Shown here piece after piece: positions 63,001 to 64,000 of a stretch of 64,000 bases of DNA. A program made the position numbers and the translations under genes. Location: assembly GCA_012295275.1 (NCBI GenBank), contig CM022667.1, forward strand, positions 12,834,001 to 12,898,000, given 5' to 3'. Origin of the DNA: Chrysomallon squamiferum. Lineage: Eukaryota > Animalia > Mollusca. Each line of letters begins with the position of its first letter. The stretch's first letter is position 1. The notes under the pieces were generated by a model that worked only from the letters and a program-made list of their open reading frames with translations, was not told the DNA's origin and ran no database searches.

Positions 63001-64000
63001 TCTAAAAATAGAACAACTGTTTATATATTTAAAGAGAAAGACAAATTTATTTGAAATAAAAATTATATTAGATAAATTCTAAACCTTAACCTTAAAAAAA
63101 AGATGAAGAAGAAGAAGAAAATAAGAGAAATTAATGAGTTCAGTAAGTTAAAAAAATGATTTGATTTTTTTAAATAATAAAAAAATTAATAATAATAAGA
63201 AACAATAAACTTGTAGCAATCAAAATTATCTGAAAGATGAAATTACAAAACTCGGTGTTATGTCTGAAATGTTGTTTCAGAAATTGATCTTACCTTATAA
63301 ATTAAATCTGAAACATGAAACTGTTTCACGGATGCTCATTTTTAAGTTTGCTCTTTCAGAAACTGAGTGAGTCTTTGCTGCGTCCATGGCAACAAGGTTT
63401 GCGACTGAACAATGAACAGCTGATGTTGCATCTCGCTATAATACAGCCATCTCTCGCCATTGTCCGCAAAACTCTGTGTGAACTCATTGGAGCTACAGGC
63501 AGAGAGGTGATGACTCTTGTATTGTACAGAGCAATGGATGAATGAATGGATGCATGGATGGATGGATAATTGAAAGAACAAATGAACATATGAGTGTGAA
63601 GAATAAAATAGTGGAAATGGAATGAACAAATGGTTTTGCATAGATGAATGAATGAATAAGGGAGTGCAAATTAGATGAAAAGTGAATGAATATAAAGAAT
63701 GGATGAGAGTGAAGAAATGGATAAAACAAATGAATTGGTAGATGGATGAATGAATTAAAACTAATTAATAAATGAATAAATAAATGAACAGTTAAAAATG
63801 GCATCTTATAAACAACTTATCTTTTGTTTTATCAATGTAGATTCATATTTTATTTTTATTTTTATTTTATTTTTTTTGTTGCCAGGAAGAAACGAATAAT
63901 AAAATAAATTTATTTAGATATGAAAATTTATTGTTAATTTTTTTATTTTATTTTTTTTCAGTTCAAGGACCTGACAGCTCTTCCAGTGTTGTTTGAACTT
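42218..64000 (+). CDS. VIRMA: Protein virilizer homolog (VIRMA/KIAA1429), m6A methyltransferase complex adaptor; 24 exons in window, 3' incomplete
   Basis: Hand-spliced GT-AG exons keep one frame: 42218-42289, 43004-43116, 44219-44305, 44872-44920, 48025-48184, 48631-49659, 50118-50212, 51730-51804, 52792-52881, 53617-53756, 54248-54327, 54680-54840, 55555-55767, 56521-56609, 57148-57325, 58219-58316, 59071-59251, 59966-60086, 60655-60843, 61359-61502, 61876-62079, 62814-62899, 63360-63506, 63962-end. N-terminus MADALIEPPVELLFFDTFSHEDSE/DLNLDLVRFPCPVLICEVRVVP/ATNPSSFKLELFVNNLGKP/IATDGLILKGWYSTITLAVYG matches the VIR_N domain as I recall it (human ELLFLDTFKH, VVRFPC, TDGLVLRGWY). KWVEALEEVP..KGLSYL is also recognisable. 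Confidence 0.95.
43004..43116 (+). CDS. VIRMA: VIRMA exon 2 (DLNLDLVRFPCPVLICEVRVVPLGTQVQADLPGGSRR)
   Basis: tttttag acceptor, GG|gtaa donor; VIR_N motif. Confidence 0.9.
44219..44305 (+). CDS. VIRMA: VIRMA exon 3 (ATNPSSFKLELFVNNLGKPNASTFEQLG)
   Basis: cag acceptor, gtaagt donor; phases 2/2. Confidence 0.9.
44872..44920 (+). CDS. VIRMA: VIRMA exon 4 (LDYKENVTIQLKPEED)
   Basis: ttttag acceptor, gtaagt donor; frame consistent with neighbours. Confidence 0.85.
46190..47900 (-). mobile_element. Heavily decayed L2/CR1-group LINE in VIRMA intron 4 (boundaries approximate)
   Basis: AP-endonuclease-like RKGGGVALIYKS (ORF 47648-47923). ORF2 C-terminal-like GQRCFSYA.LWNSLPSNIKEA..ITTFKTLL (46319-46597). 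L2-like 3' end (tgtaaagcac...ctatataaat then an AT/AAT tail). Confidence 0.7.
48025..48184 (+). CDS. VIRMA: VIRMA exon 5 (IATDGLILKGWYSTITLAVYG...PPPPPP)
   Basis: End of VIR_N plus poly-Pro; gcag acceptor, gtgagg donor. Confidence 0.9.
48631..49659 (+). CDS. VIRMA: VIRMA exon 6, large low-complexity Q/P-rich and RS/RD/RE-rich exon
   Basis: 1029-nt open frame within ORF 48594-49739; tttcag acceptor, G|gtatgg donor; phases 1/1 fit flanking exons. Confidence 0.85.
50118..52881 (+). CDS. VIRMA: VIRMA exons 7-9, acidic region (50118-50212, 51730-51804, 52792-52881)
   Basis: ELLEEGLEEIYENLSP, EGEDAGYEDISSEDD, GFDIEDIIDDSWEF...FNPLQC; canonical splice sites, frame preserved. Confidence 0.8.
53617..55767 (+). 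CDS. VIRMA: VIRMA exons 10-13 (53617-53756, 54248-54327, 54680-54840, 55555-55767)
   Basis: ILTDPSLTPFE, KWVEALEEVPNHLVKGLSYL, DWTMDGLDLDQAMVQP...VRHLKMGIRL, MAFSIKLHILKALDQ...GIRWLLG. Confidence 0.9.
55777..55898. repeat. 30-bp minisatellite (tattaacagtttccagttatcaaactgtat), about 4 units
   Basis: Direct tandem repeat in VIRMA intron 13. Confidence 0.85.
56120..56490. repeat. Degenerate AT-rich tandem repeat (core tgtaaaatataaattatta)
   Basis: About a dozen degenerate units in VIRMA intron 13. Confidence 0.7.
56521..60086 (+). CDS. VIRMA: VIRMA exons 14-18 (56521-56609, 57148-57325, 58219-58316, 59071-59251, 59966-60086)
   Basis: LLTKIHTYE, DPYPGLY, LLESLFVL...GLLFLSSKPDTTNGIIRSL, LGLELVYHLQVLQYVDHL; phases consistent. 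Confidence 0.88.
59268..59450. repeat. ~64-bp tandem repeat, 3 units
   Basis: tttaaataattagctgacattttaat...aatagtggtagtcatctgtatg repeated. Confidence 0.8.
60655..64000 (+). CDS. VIRMA: VIRMA exons 19-24 (60655-60843, 61359-61502, 61876-62079, 62814-62899, 63360-63506, 63962-end)
   Basis: GRDAVVYVL, KKSVCTGYATQLL, LQNWLAP...LPPALITTLRIL, ELKYKYALLEMYS, KLSESLLRPW, FKDLTALPVL; phases consistent. Confidence 0.88.

Overview
This is AT-rich, microsatellite-rich, intron-containing animal DNA (invertebrate; mollusc/lophotrochozoan-like by impression only), with two 200-N scaffold gaps at 3175-3374 and 31716-31915. The right third (42218 to the window end) holds the first 24 coding exons of VIRMA/virilizer (m6A writer adaptor); the gene runs off the window. 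A decayed L2/CR1-type LINE lies in its intron 4. The left 42 kb is a tandem and inverted segmental-duplication array built from the VIRMA promoter/5' end and a head-to-head neighbouring gene. Reconstructing that neighbour's five exons by hand gives a putative type II membrane receptor of about 300-320 aa. It has an N-terminal tail with three acidic P-Y motifs (one, DEDPYAVI, is hemITAM-like), one TM helix, a Thr/Ser/Pro mucin stalk, and a C-terminal 12-Cys three-finger (Ly6/Quiver-like) domain. There are three near-complete copies, two truncated copies and two orphan tail exons. Ectodomain differences between copies are almost all non-synonymous. Each near-complete copy carries an apparent lesion in this assembly, so functionality is unproven. 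A decayed Tc1/mariner element marks the rearrangement junction. All alignments and translations were done by eye.
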